From: a virus
DNA: 44,147 nucleotides
Strand: one strand, 5' to 3'
Virus record (IMG/VR): IMGVR_UViG_3300031507_000015
Coordinates: 1 to 44,147 of that record
The position numbers and the translations under genes are program-made. How positions within the stretch are numbered: position 1 is the first letter of the stretch; each line of letters begins with the position of its first letter. This document shows positions 18,677 through 26,871 of this stretch, piece after piece. The notes beneath the pieces are model-generated. The model saw only the letters and a program-made list of their open reading frames with translations, was not told the origin of the DNA and ran no database searches.

Positions 18677-18976
18677 TCAGATGATTCCGTAGCGCTTTTT
18701 GCGCTCGGCAGTGTCGGCAATCGCCCGCAGCTCTTGTGCAGCAAGCTTGCCGTTATTCAGTACCGCAGTCAGGTGACCCCTGACCTTGCCGACGATATTG
18801 ACCGCGAGGAATAGCTTTTCCCGTGCTGCGGTGTCGGCAACGCTCGAGGTGCGCCAGGCCGAAGTGTAGGCGTCCTCAAGCGTCTTGAAGGCTTCCTGAA
18901 GCAGTTCGTTCTCGATCAAGTCCTGTGCGCGAGAGGCTTTGGCCTGATCGCGAAGAAGCTTGTGCTCGTCGATCAT
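18677..18976 (-). CDS. Hypothetical head-module protein
   Basis: 99 aa, helical. TGATG overlap at 18976. Confidence 0.55.
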   Translation of the reverse strand: MIDEHKLLRDQAKASRAQDLIENELLQEAFKTLEDAYTSAWRTSSVADTAAREKLFLAVNIVGKVRGHLTAVLNNGKLAAQELRAIADTAERKKRYGII

Positions 18977-19314
18977 CAGATGATTTTGTCCTCATCCGGG
19001 ACATCTCCACCCTCGACTTGGGCGTTTACCGGCTCGTTGACCGCGTCGGATCGCTCGATCTCGCCAGAGAGCGCAACATGGTATTGCGGGCCATCCACTG
19101 CGGTCGCAGGGTCTGCCATGGGCATCGCAAAAACGGGCTTCGAAGCAAGCTTCATGCTGTCTTCGCCCATAGCGATGACCGGCGATGGAGCCTTGACGAT
19201 ATCCCAACCCTCCGAGCGGAGCCGCTCCAGGATTTCCCGGATCTCGCCCTGTCCAAACCGAGCCATGTGGGTCTTGTCGCGGAGAAATTTGATCAGGTCT
19301 TCATCATTTTGCAT
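18976..19314 (-). CDS. Hypothetical head-module protein
   Basis: 112 aa, acidic. Overlaps the portal 3' end by 11 nt. Confidence 0.55.
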   Translation of the reverse strand: MQNDEDLIKFLRDKTHMARFGQGEIREILERLRSEGWDIVKAPSPVIAMGEDSMKLASKPVFAMPMADPATAVDGPQYHVALSGEIERSDAVNEPVNAQVEGGDVPDEDKII

Positions 19315-21085
19315 TGTTTGGCTCCGGTTTCTGCCTCATCTGCTCTAATTTTGCCTCATGCGTAGCTTGAGCATGTTCCATTTTCGTATCGTGCGCATGG
19401 GCTGTAGCCGCCATATCGACGACCTTCGAAACAACATCGGCGTGATGCAACTGAGCACCCTGCCGCATTTTCTGCTCAGCCTGGATTGCCGCGATATGCG
19501 CGTTGATGATCGCAATCTTGGCGTCGAGATCGGCCTTGACCTTGGCAACCTCGATATCAGCCTGAGCTTTGATCTGCTGATGAAGCATGTCAGCTTGGGC
19601 GGTCGCCTGATCATGAGCCTGTTTCTGCTGGGCGATCTGCTGTTGACCCTGCTGCTTGAGCTGCTCGACCTGCAATTTAGGATCAGGTGCAGGCGGAGCA
19701 GGCGGATGCAGCAATTGCCCGGTCTTAGGATCTTTGGCGGTGGGATCATTGAAAAACTGATCCGGGTTCTTGTGGCCCATGATCTTGGTGAGCTCGGACG
19801 CAGTATTGTATAATTCCCGATCTCCAACCAAATTCGACTTTCCGCCAGCCAACATTTCCTTCTGAACATTGGCTATCGCCATGGTCTGAGCGAACTGCTG
19901 GGCCTTGCCACCGGTTCCAAGCCCGACATTAATTGTCATGTCGTCGCGGGTTTTCCAGTTGCGCGGATCGACCGGTACCCATTTATTGCGAAGCCGAACG
20001 GTCTGTTCTTCCTGCCCGTGCGATCTGATCGTATGGTGCAGCAGCGCGAAGATTTCCCGCACGCCCTCGGCCATGATACGAGCCACCAGTTTGACGCGCA
20101 TCTGAGAGGCCGAGAATACCTGAGCCACCGCGGTAGCCGATTGGTTTTGCAGCGCGTTGGCATCTAAGCCCTGCGTCTGCTTGGCCAAGCCGGTACGAGA
20201 CTCCAGCAGGCTATCCATATACTCCATTGCTTTAAACGCCGAGGCGGATGTATCCGGAATCTCTTGCCATTTCAAAAGACCAGCCGCTTTGGTACGAATC
20301 ACTCGACCTGGACGTTTAGGACCAAGCAAGTCATCAATCGTACTTGGACCACTCGCGGCCTCAGGTAATTCAACATCTGCGCCCGTTGATAAATATTGGC
20401 TATCAAGCCCATTTCTGAGCAACGCAGTCTTAATTCGTTGCGTCGGCATGACGAGATCAGCCATCGACCGGCCAAAGAATCGATGCGTGATCGGAACCGG
20501 AGTGGTCGCGGCGAACGGAATGATATCAACCGGCTCGACAACTTCTTTGCCGCCCTTTTTCAGGATATCGGCCTGATCTCCTCCGGTTATCACCATGTAA
20601 AGGCATGGAGTTCCACGCCCCTCGTAGTCCATCCTGATATAATGCTCGGTGATGCGAACCAATTGCATCAGAGCATCGACGTCAGAGGACGTGATGAAAT
20701 GCTCCTGGACCGAATCTCTGGCCAAGGTTTCAACGTTGTTCGGGCTCTGGCCGCTGAACGCTGTCAGGCCGAGAACCTGGTCCCGATCGAATCCCTCATT
20801 GATCAGCTGTCCCCGCGTCTTGGTCACAACTTCATGGAAGCAGTAATTGCAATCCTTGATGTTGCGCGCCGCGCGCTCGATCCCGAATTCTTCCGGCGGA
20901 ACTCCCATCACCCGAGCCCGCGCCAGTTTGCGGGTGGTGATGATCGTGACGTCGTGCGTGACCGGCTTAGGCGGCACTGGAGGCATTGCAGCCATCTGCT
21001 GCTGGGGCGTCATCGGAGCAAGCGCGTTCTGGGCTGGCCCTTGATCGATTGGGTTGCCCTGAGCCGCGCCGACGTATGCGTTCAT
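19304..21085 (-). CDS. Portal protein, C-terminal major part
   Basis: 593 aa. Portal-type VPPEEFGIERAARNIKDCNYCFHEV region and a ~130-aa C-terminal coiled coil. Follows the terminase. Confidence 0.8.
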   Translation of the reverse strand: MNAYVGAAQGNPIDQGPAQNALAPMTPQQQMAAMPPVPPKPVTHDVTIITTRKLARARVMGVPPEEFGIERAARNIKDCNYCFHEVVTKTRGQLINEGFDRDQVLGLTAFSGQSPNNVETLARDSVQEHFITSSDVDALMQLVRITEHYIRMDYEGRGTPCLYMVITGGDQADILKKGGKEVVEPVDIIPFAATTPVPITHRFFGRSMADLVMPTQRIKTALLRNGLDSQYLSTGADVELPEAASGPSTIDDLLGPKRPGRVIRTKAAGLLKWQEIPDTSASAFKAMEYMDSLLESRTGLAKQTQGLDANALQNQSATAVAQVFSASQMRVKLVARIMAEGVREIFALLHHTIRSHGQEEQTVRLRNKWVPVDPRNWKTRDDMTINVGLGTGGKAQQFAQTMAIANVQKEMLAGGKSNLVGDRELYNTASELTKIMGHKNPDQFFNDPTAKDPKTGQLLHPPAPPAPDPKLQVEQLKQQGQQQIAQQKQAHDQATAQADMLHQQIKAQADIEVAKVKADLDAKIAIINAHIAAIQAEQKMRQGAQLHHADVVSKVVDMAATAHAHDTKMEHAQATHEAKLEQMRQKPEPNNAK

Positions 21086-21291
21086 TAATCGCGCCGGACC
21101 ATGAATTGACGGCTTATATCATTATACGCCGATGGTGAAAAATGCCTGATATCATCCAATACGTTGCCGGCCTCATCAGTTCTAACGTGCATCGCTGTGC
21201 CAATAGCGCCTCCGGAAATTGACACATGAACCATATAGCCAATTGGGAACATCCCCCAATTACTACACGATCTCATATAATTTTCGTTCAT
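21085..21291 (-). CDS. 68-aa ORF inserted between the two portal parts
   Basis: One-base stop/start overlaps on both sides (TGATG, TAATG). Its DNA is visibly AT-richer than the flanks. No recognisable family. Confidence 0.45.
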   Translation of the reverse strand: MNENYMRSCSNWGMFPIGYMVHVSISGGAIGTAMHVRTDEAGNVLDDIRHFSPSAYNDISRQFMVRRD

Positions 21292-21872
21292 CAGTTCGTC
21301 TCTGCCTCTTCCTTGGGCTCCGTAGCCTCCTGCGCTTCACCCTCCTGCGAATGCGCCACGATCTTCATTGCCCCATCCGACATATCAACGGCCTGAACGA
21401 GCAGCGCATATTGATCTTCGGTCAGGTCGTAATAGGTCTCGCGCTCCTCGCGCTCGTCCTCGTCCCACCAGACTTTGACCAGCCCGGTTTTGCTCAGAAG
21501 CCCGTCCTTTATGAACGAATACAGCACCATAAAGCCCGAATTCTGCTGCATGAAGACGTGGTTGACGTAATCGGTTTCCTGCTGCGCCGCTTCCTCGTCC
21601 TCTGGGCCGACAGGCTCAAACCTAACCACTTCGTCAGATCCCGCAAAGATGTCCATCAGATGCGGTAGCATGCCCTCGATCACATCAGAGACGTCGGTGG
21701 ACACTGCCCGCGACCGGCCATCCTGCGCCGGCATGTCCTGCATGTCGCCGAGATAGTATTCCATCGCCCTGGCGCGCTCTTCCATGAGCTGAGCTGCTGA
21801 CATCGCGGCTAGAGAGTTGGCCTTTTCGGCCGAAAGCATCGCCTTGAGGTCAGTTAGTTCCATCTTTGGCAA
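21291..21872 (-). CDS. Portal protein, N-terminal part (separate ORF)
   Basis: 193 aa. It carries YYLGD...GRSRAVSTDVSDVIEGMLPHLMDIF...VVRFEP...ETDYVNHVF...KDGLLSKTGLVKVWW, which I recognise as a portal N-terminal signature. TTG 21872 or ATG 21863 is the start. Confidence 0.6.
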   Translation of the reverse strand: MPKMELTDLKAMLSAEKANSLAAMSAAQLMEERARAMEYYLGDMQDMPAQDGRSRAVSTDVSDVIEGMLPHLMDIFAGSDEVVRFEPVGPEDEEAAQQETDYVNHVFMQQNSGFMVLYSFIKDGLLSKTGLVKVWWDEDEREERETYYDLTEDQYALLVQAVDMSDGAMKIVAHSQEGEAQEATEPKEEAETN

Positions 21873-21874
21873 AG

Positions 21875-22123
21875 TCAGTCCTCGCCCTTGCCATACCGGT
21901 AGAGGACACCAGCGCCGTTGACGATCTCTAGCGGATTGCGAATGGCTGGAATCAGCGTGGTCATAGCCAGCAAGGCCGAATACCTGTTGGCAAAATCCGC
22001 CTCGTCAGTCCCGATGAATTCGACGTATAGCTTGGCGGCCGCGACCACCGATTCAGCATTGGCCGCCGTTTGGGTTCCGAGCGTCAGACACTTCGAGCGG
22101 ATTAATTCTGGTGACATCGCCAT
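21875..22123 (-). CDS. Hypothetical protein
   Basis: 82 aa, between terminase and portal. Confidence 0.5.
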   Translation of the reverse strand: MAMSPELIRSKCLTLGTQTAANAESVVAAAKLYVEFIGTDEADFANRYSALLAMTTLIPAIRNPLEIVNGAGVLYRYGKGED

Positions 22124-22137
22124 TCAGCGCCAGCCGT

Positions 22138-22374
22138 TCACGGCATCGCCGCCAACGGCATTTCAGCCGAGCCAGGGCAAGCTTTACCGGGTCGCCCAAA
22201 TGCATTGTACGCATCACTACGGAACCCAACACAGGCATCCCAAACAGAACCGTCCTCGAATAGGACGGCATTAACAGATCTCACGCGTGCCGACTTAGCG
22301 GCCTCATGTGAGATCCAAGGGCCGCCTTCCGATAAGGTAACTGCGATAGTTTTTCTCATGTTGATTATCTCCAT
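22138..22374 (-). CDS. Hypothetical protein
   Basis: 78 aa. The alternative ATG 22359 (MRKT...) lies after the terminase stop and has GGAG upstream. Confidence 0.5.
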   Translation of the reverse strand: MEIINMRKTIAVTLSEGGPWISHEAAKSARVRSVNAVLFEDGSVWDACVGFRSDAYNAFGRPGKACPGSAEMPLAAMP

Positions 22375-23663
22375 CCTGTATTGCCGTAGTTCATCGGCCT
22401 GTTGAAATTCGCCTCATTAGCCGGCGGCTGGTAGCAAATCGCCATCATTCCAATCGAATCTGCTGCATGGCTTGCCCAGTTATGCTCCGGGCCAAGGCCG
22501 ACATTGCGAACCTCGTCCCGTTTTTCATGATAGTGAACCAGCGCATTGCGGCCGGGTTCCGTCGTTGCCTCGTTCCACCAGATCTTATCTCCAATGCGCC
22601 GCAACGCTTCGACACGTCGGAGTGCAGCGCCCTTGCCCTGATTCTTGACCGGCGGTTCAACCTTAAACCCGGCCTCGCGCCAATGATCCTCGTATTTCTT
22701 ACCGGTGATCTTGTCGGATTCTACACCATCATGCGGCAGGTAGTTGATTGCCGCCTCATAGCCTCGAGCTCTCATCCAGTTGACATGATAGGCGAGGACT
22801 TGCCCGACCGACTCGTAATAGTCTAGCACTCGGATTTCCTGCCCCACCCATTGGGTAATCCAGATGGTGTAGGCATCTGCTAATCCACCCGACCCGCCGA
22901 TGTCGTGGAACGCCCGCAGCGGCAGCAGTGGATCCGCCGCTACCCGTCCAATTCGGCCCTCAGCTTGGGCCTTCGCCATCATCTGCGCGTAATAAGCACC
23001 GATGATTGCCGCATCGAACGAACATTCGAACTCGCGGTCATATTGATCCTGGGTCAGTCCCTCTTTGAGGCTTGCGAGTTCCTCAGCCGGAATGATACCC
23101 GTTTCGCTGGCCTTCAGGATGCGTCTGAACCAGCCATCGGCCGATCTGCCGTCCTCCAGCCGGTCTACCTTGTAGAACCAGTCACGACCCGCAGGAGTGC
23201 CGATAAAAGTAGCCCAGCCAGAATAATCCGAAAGAGTCGGTCGAATGACTTCTGGCCATGCCCTGGGATCCATGAGCGCCGGCTCGTCGATCGTAACGCC
23301 ATCATGATATAGACCGCGAAGCCGATCGTAATTATCCGCGCCATAAAGCCTGATGCGAGATCCATTCGGGTATTCAACGCTCAGGTCAGATTCGCGCGGG
23401 TCAATTCCTGGGATCGGCGATGAATAGTACTTCAGGTAACTCCAAGCCACGTCCTTCGCCTGCGCATAGGTTGGAGCAATATAGGCATAGCGCGGTGGTG
23501 GATGCTGCCTGGTGTTGGTCAGCGCGGCCTTGATCTTATCATTGATGCAGCCAACGGTTTTACCGAAGCGCCGGTGAGCGACGATCTTGGCAAATCTCTC
23601 GGTGCGGTCGTGGTAGGCTTCGAACTGCGGTCGAGGTCGATAGGGTATGACTATCGTTGCCAT
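22365..23663 (-). CDS. terL: Terminase large subunit
   Basis: 432 aa. Walker A-like HRRFGKT and Walker B-like GVTIDEP. The C-terminal nuclease-type region includes HDIGGSGGLADAYTIW. Confidence 0.9.
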   Translation of the reverse strand: MATIVIPYRPRPQFEAYHDRTERFAKIVAHRRFGKTVGCINDKIKAALTNTRQHPPPRYAYIAPTYAQAKDVAWSYLKYYSSPIPGIDPRESDLSVEYPNGSRIRLYGADNYDRLRGLYHDGVTIDEPALMDPRAWPEVIRPTLSDYSGWATFIGTPAGRDWFYKVDRLEDGRSADGWFRRILKASETGIIPAEELASLKEGLTQDQYDREFECSFDAAIIGAYYAQMMAKAQAEGRIGRVAADPLLPLRAFHDIGGSGGLADAYTIWITQWVGQEIRVLDYYESVGQVLAYHVNWMRARGYEAAINYLPHDGVESDKITGKKYEDHWREAGFKVEPPVKNQGKGAALRRVEALRRIGDKIWWNEATTEPGRNALVHYHEKRDEVRNVGLGPEHNWASHAADSIGMMAICYQPPANEANFNRPMNYGNTGWR

Positions 23664-23890
23664 GTGATAACGACGGGGCCGCCATTTTCATCGCCTTGGA
23701 TGGTCGTCGTCGCAAGATCCGGCATGATCTTTTTGAGCAACCCGAGGCCGGCCTGAACCTGCGTCGCACTCATTTCCCTTTTGCCTTCAACATGTTCCAC
23801 GAGAGCATTGAGAATATTGCTGTTCTGTATTTTAACCCGGTGCTCGTTGGACATCTGAAAACCGGCGGTCCGGCCGCGCTCAGCCATCAT
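23651..23890 (-). CDS. Terminase small subunit candidate
   Basis: 79 aa directly upstream of and overlapping terL. The MSATQVQAGLGLLKKIMPDL segment resembles small-terminase helices as I recall them. Confidence 0.4.
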   Translation of the reverse strand: MMAERGRTAGFQMSNEHRVKIQNSNILNALVEHVEGKREMSATQVQAGLGLLKKIMPDLATTTIQGDENGGPVVITWQR

Positions 23891-24069
23891 TTCTTCCCGA
23901 TGCCGCCCAATATACCAACAGGACGTGATTTGGCTGGCTTGCGCTTCTCACCAGCTTCCGAATAGGCAATCGCAACGGCCTGCTTCTGCGGGCGGCCTGC
24001 GGTCATTTCTGCCTTGATGTTGGATGAGAAACCCTTGGAGCCGGGCTTGGCGCCTTTCTTAAGCGGCAT
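23887..24069 (-). CDS. Small basic protein
   Basis: 60 aa, Lys/Gly-rich with a KQAVAIAYSEAG motif. AGAGG upstream of ATG 24069. First gene after the 184-bp gap. Confidence 0.5.
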   Translation of the reverse strand: MPLKKGAKPGSKGFSSNIKAEMTAGRPQKQAVAIAYSEAGEKRKPAKSRPVGILGGIGKK

Positions 24070-24194
24070 GATAACCTCTTTGAATTTGGCGATCCCCCTT
24101 GGCTTTCACCAAGGCCGTACAGGGAGGACCATACGGGGCGGCGGCACGGGGAGGAGCATGGCCATCCGGGACCAAACCACAAATCTCGCTTGCG

Positions 24195-24200
24195 ATTATA
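24195..24200 (-). promoter_or_regulatory. Perfect TATAAT -10 hexamer (minus strand) upstream of the packaging/structural genes; no recognisable -35
   Basis: Plus-strand ATTATA at 24195-24200, lying 15 nt downstream (in the minus direction) of the GC hairpin and 125 nt upstream of ATG 24069. Confidence 0.25.
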
Positions 24201-24215
24201 GTCAGTTGCACTGAT

Positions 24216-24238
24216 TTGCCCCGGGGGCAATCTTTTCT
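24216..24238. promoter_or_regulatory. GC-rich hairpin at the early/late boundary
   Basis: TTGCC(C)-loop-(G)GGCAA followed by TCTTTTCT on the plus strand only. On the minus strand an A-run precedes it and no U-tract follows. Confidence 0.35.
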
Positions 24239-24253
24239 GAAGTTGTGCACATT

Positions 24254-24355
24254 TTACAATAGTCCTCGAATTTGCCAGCCGATGGCAATTCCGATCACGA
24301 GCACCAAGAATCCCCAAATTCTGATGATCATAAGTTCAATCTCTTCATCGGTCAT
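24254..24355 (-). CDS. 33-aa single-TM micro-protein (not in the ORF track)
   Basis: My hand translation gives MTDEEIELMIIRIWGFLVLVIGIAIGWQIRGLL. ATGA overlap with the stop of the 84-aa gene. Confidence 0.35.
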   Translation of the reverse strand: MTDEEIELMIIRIWGFLVLVIGIAIGWQIRGLL

Positions 24356-24606
24356 TTTACTGCCTCAGCCAGCATTGAAACTTGCGACGAATACCGCACC
24401 GGCTTCCATGCCCGGCGCAGCTTCACCGAAAATAATTTCAAATTGGGAGGGAGATAGTAGCATGTCTCCAAATCAAGCTCCCAATCCTTCGGTATATCCT
24501 CGCCATCGACAGCCTTGTACAAAGGAACACCAATTGCCCGAGCCGTTTCGCACCTGCGAAAGAAATTTCCTATTACGCCTCTGATCATTTCCTGAGTGAT
24601 GATCAT
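24352..24606 (-). CDS. Hypothetical protein
   Basis: 84 aa. ATGA overlap with the upstream gene at 24603-24606. Confidence 0.55.
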   Translation of the reverse strand: MIITQEMIRGVIGNFFRRCETARAIGVPLYKAVDGEDIPKDWELDLETCYYLPPNLKLFSVKLRRAWKPVRYSSQVSMLAEAVK

Positions 24607-25154
24607 CGCATCGCCAGTCCATAAATCACCGCCATGGTGTCGAGCGCGCAGCGAAACCGTTTCCCAAAATAATCGTCCCAGCTTCGTCCGTAGAGCCCGC
24701 GAGCGCCGGCAATGGCTCGCATGGTCCAGCCAAAGACAAGAACCTGATGCACAATCGCCGATCCCTCGATTCCAAGTGCAGCTTCGATCTTGTTCAAACG
24801 GGCCACAGATCGCATACGAAGCTCACTGATAGGTTCTGGCAGTGCCCCGCCATCCACGTACTCCTTGCCCGGATCAATCGCTCTAGGGCCGTTCTCTGCC
24901 GTTTCAAAGTCCTGTTGAAACATCCTGCCAGCCTGGTACTGCGCCTCTGAGATGGTTTTGCGCGCATGCTGGTCTCCCAACGGGTCGCCACGGGTCGAGC
25001 GCATGACCATAAGTTTGGCCCCTTGTTCGAGAGGATCGTCGACCTCGATTGGGGCGACATGGCCGCCAATTCCGCGATTGAAATCGGTCGCGCGCCGATC
25101 ATGAATTTTGGCTGCGGCGGGATCATAGGGCTGTCGGCGCTTCTGACGAGTCAT
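24603..25154 (-). CDS. Putative regulator with C-terminal HTH-like region (late-gene activator candidate)
   Basis: 183 aa from ATG 25154 (ATGA overlap). The C-terminus VHQVLVFGWTMRAIAGARGL...RFRCALDTMAVIYGL is sigma-region-4/LuxR-like. Lies two small ORFs upstream of the late block. Confidence 0.4.
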   Translation of the reverse strand: MTRQKRRQPYDPAAAKIHDRRATDFNRGIGGHVAPIEVDDPLEQGAKLMVMRSTRGDPLGDQHARKTISEAQYQAGRMFQQDFETAENGPRAIDPGKEYVDGGALPEPISELRMRSVARLNKIEAALGIEGSAIVHQVLVFGWTMRAIAGARGLYGRSWDDYFGKRFRCALDTMAVIYGLAMR

Positions 25155-25387
25155 CGCGTAATTCCCTTGACGTGCGAGGTGCAACGCCGAAGCCCTAGCT
25201 TGCGCTGATAGCAGTAAACAAACCGCGTGCTTAGTCCGAGTTCGTCAGCCAAGATGGCAGGGTCGATGCCAATATTCTCGCGCAGGAATGCGTCTCGATC
25301 CGGTGTATACATCTGCGGTCGTTTGCGAGGCCAAAGGACAGTTTCGTTCATTTCGTGCCTTTCCGTCCATGATAGTTCTTCAGCCAT
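25151..25387 (-). CDS. Small HTH-like protein
   Basis: 78 aa. The segment DPAILADELGLSTRFVYCYQRKLGL resembles GcrA-N/HTH-type helices. Confidence 0.45.
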   Translation of the reverse strand: MAEELSWTERHEMNETVLWPRKRPQMYTPDRDAFLRENIGIDPAILADELGLSTRFVYCYQRKLGLRRCTSHVKGITR

Positions 25388-25578
25388 TCGCGCGATTTCT
25401 CAAGCTTCGCAATCATTTGCGGCTTGGTTGATGCTGTCGGAAGGCCAGAACTAGCTATTTCCCGGTCTGTCGTGTGGTTTAAACGATCAACAGCTCGACG
25501 GTACTGTTCCTTCGCGATGGCGATATCTTTCCCATCGACTGTTTCCTTCACTGATCCGTCAGATGGATCTCTGATCAT
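25348..25578 (-). CDS. Hypothetical protein
   Basis: 76 aa from ATG 25578 (ATGA overlap). The track start 25629 is upstream, inside the neighbouring gene. Confidence 0.5.
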   Translation of the reverse strand: MIRDPSDGSVKETVDGKDIAIAKEQYRRAVDRLNHTTDREIASSGLPTASTKPQMIAKLEKSREWLKNYHGRKGTK

Positions 25579-25778
25579 GCCGCAGTCTCCATCAGATCCC
25601 TGGCTACCTTTCCCATTACCGCCGAACAAAGCTCAAGTGCTTCCGCAAGCTGGCGGCCCAAAGCAACCGGAATAACCATCGTCATCCCAGCCGATGCCGA
25701 TGGGCGAAACGCTTCAGCAAGCAATCTGCATTCTTCTTCAAGATTTCGACATTCGGAAATTGCTGTTTGTTTATCCAT
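25575..25778 (-). CDS. Hypothetical protein
   Basis: 67 aa. Starts 2 nt after the DUF1376 stop. Confidence 0.5.
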   Translation of the reverse strand: MDKQTAISECRNLEEECRLLAEAFRPSASAGMTMVIPVALGRQLAEALELCSAVMGKVARDLMETAA

Positions 25779-25780
25779 TG

Positions 25781-26251
25781 CTAGACCCCTTTCAATTTCG
25801 ACAGGGCCTCGGTGCTGATCAAAGGCCGAGATCGTCTATCCTCAGAGACAGTAGTAGTTATATTTCTTTGTGTATGTGTCATGCTTGAGCAAAACGGAGC
25901 ATTTGCTTTCGCTATGAAGCTGTTCATCTGTGTCCTGGAACCGCCCTTTTGCCCAGCAATTGCCCTAGCATTTGCTACCTTTGCACGTTTCTCAAGCTCA
26001 GCTTCAAGGCGTTTATGCCGCCAACCCATGTAAAAGAACGCCTGGATCGTCTCCTTGCTATCCAACCAAATACGCAGCGGTAGCTTAGCAATTGCTGCTA
26101 GTTGCTTGTCATCGGTGGGGAGTTCGCGCTTGCGCCAATAGTGCATGAGCAAGAGCAGATATGCCCCATGCTGCGTTGTCGACAGATGACCCGTGTCAGC
26201 GAGATAATCGCCAACATAAAGAGGCATCCACAGGTCAGTCTTTTTGCTCAT
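25781..26251 (-). CDS. DUF1376-family protein (phage replication-module associated)
   Basis: 156 aa. N-terminal signature LWMPLYVGDYLADTGHLSTTQHGAYLLLLMHYW. Confidence 0.8.
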   Translation of the reverse strand: MSKKTDLWMPLYVGDYLADTGHLSTTQHGAYLLLLMHYWRKRELPTDDKQLAAIAKLPLRIWLDSKETIQAFFYMGWRHKRLEAELEKRAKVANARAIAGQKGGSRTQMNSFIAKANAPFCSSMTHTQRNITTTVSEDRRSRPLISTEALSKLKGV

Positions 26252-26520
26252 CAGATCATATTTAAGGCATGCATATAGGTCTCCAGGATCGTCTCAGCCT
26301 CCTGGCGTTCGTTTGGATCTTGCCGGCGCATGCGGACGATTGCCCGAAGTGCCTTGCAGTCGTAGCCGTTAGATTTGCTCTCAGCGTAGATATCGCGGAT
26401 GTCGTCTCCGATCGCCTTGCGATCTTCCTCGAGCCGCTCCACCCGCTCAATGATCGATCGAAGCTGGTCCTTGGAAAAGCTATTGTGGCCAGCGGCCGGC
26501 ACCGTTAGAAGTTCGCTCAT
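26251..26520 (-). CDS. gapR: GapR-like nucleoid-associated protein (DUF2312/UPF0335)
   Basis: 89 aa from ATG 26520, with GAGGAA upstream. QLRSIIERVERLEEDRKAIGDDIRDIYAESKSNGYDCKALRAIVRMRRQD closely parallels Caulobacter GapR. Confidence 0.85.
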   Translation of the reverse strand: MSELLTVPAAGHNSFSKDQLRSIIERVERLEEDRKAIGDDIRDIYAESKSNGYDCKALRAIVRMRRQDPNERQEAETILETYMHALNMI

Positions 26521-26695
26521 GGGGTTCCTCGTTCTGTGAATATTCACGCAAGGCAACTGAAGCTCCGTCGATCAGTATATTGCTGAGGTGCGCCTTTGAT
26601 ATTTCGAAGCGCTGGACAGGCCCGTCACCAACCTGAATATTGAGGACAAAGACACCAGGTGCAGGCGTAGTGAGATAGGCGAGTTTCGCTTTCAA
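26480..26695 (-). CDS. Hypothetical protein
   Basis: 71 aa. TTG start overlapping the upstream TGA. The 3' end overlaps the gapR start by 41 nt. Confidence 0.4.
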   Translation of the reverse strand: MKAKLAYLTTPAPGVFVLNIQVGDGPVQRFEISKAHLSNILIDGASVALREYSQNEEPHERTSNGAGRWPQ

Positions 26696-26871
26696 GCCGA
26701 TCTCCTGTTTTCCTTGCGGATCTGCGCCGTCATTTCGTATTTCAGCGCGGCCTCAAGCTCAGCGCGGCGAATGGAGCGCAGCGGCGCCAGGGCCGTGAGC
26801 GACTGGAGAAACGCGATCCGGTGCGGTCTTGGCAGCCGTCGGATTTTGCGCAGCGTTGTGAAGATGTCCAT
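26692..26871 (-). CDS. Hypothetical basic protein
   Basis: 59 aa from ATG 26871. Overlaps the tail of the DnaA-domain gene by about 110 nt, so one of the two reading frames there may be spurious. Confidence 0.3.
   Translation of the reverse strand: MDIFTTLRKIRRLPRPHRIAFLQSLTALAPLRSIRRAELEAALKYEMTAQIRKENRRSA

Noticed and set aside
20396-21088. 230-aa plus-strand ORF
   Set aside because: It is antisense to the portal C-part.
24272-24288. TTGCCA-N5-TGGCAA palindrome
   Set aside because: It lies inside the 33-codon TM ORF, where it encodes IAIGWQ. It has a single copy, so it cannot be separated from coding coincidence.
24099-24584. 161-aa plus-strand ORF across the early/late gap
   Set aside because: It overlaps two minus-strand ORFs that are ATGA-coupled into the leftward operon, as well as the leader of the late genes. 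It has no RBS and low-complexity translation.
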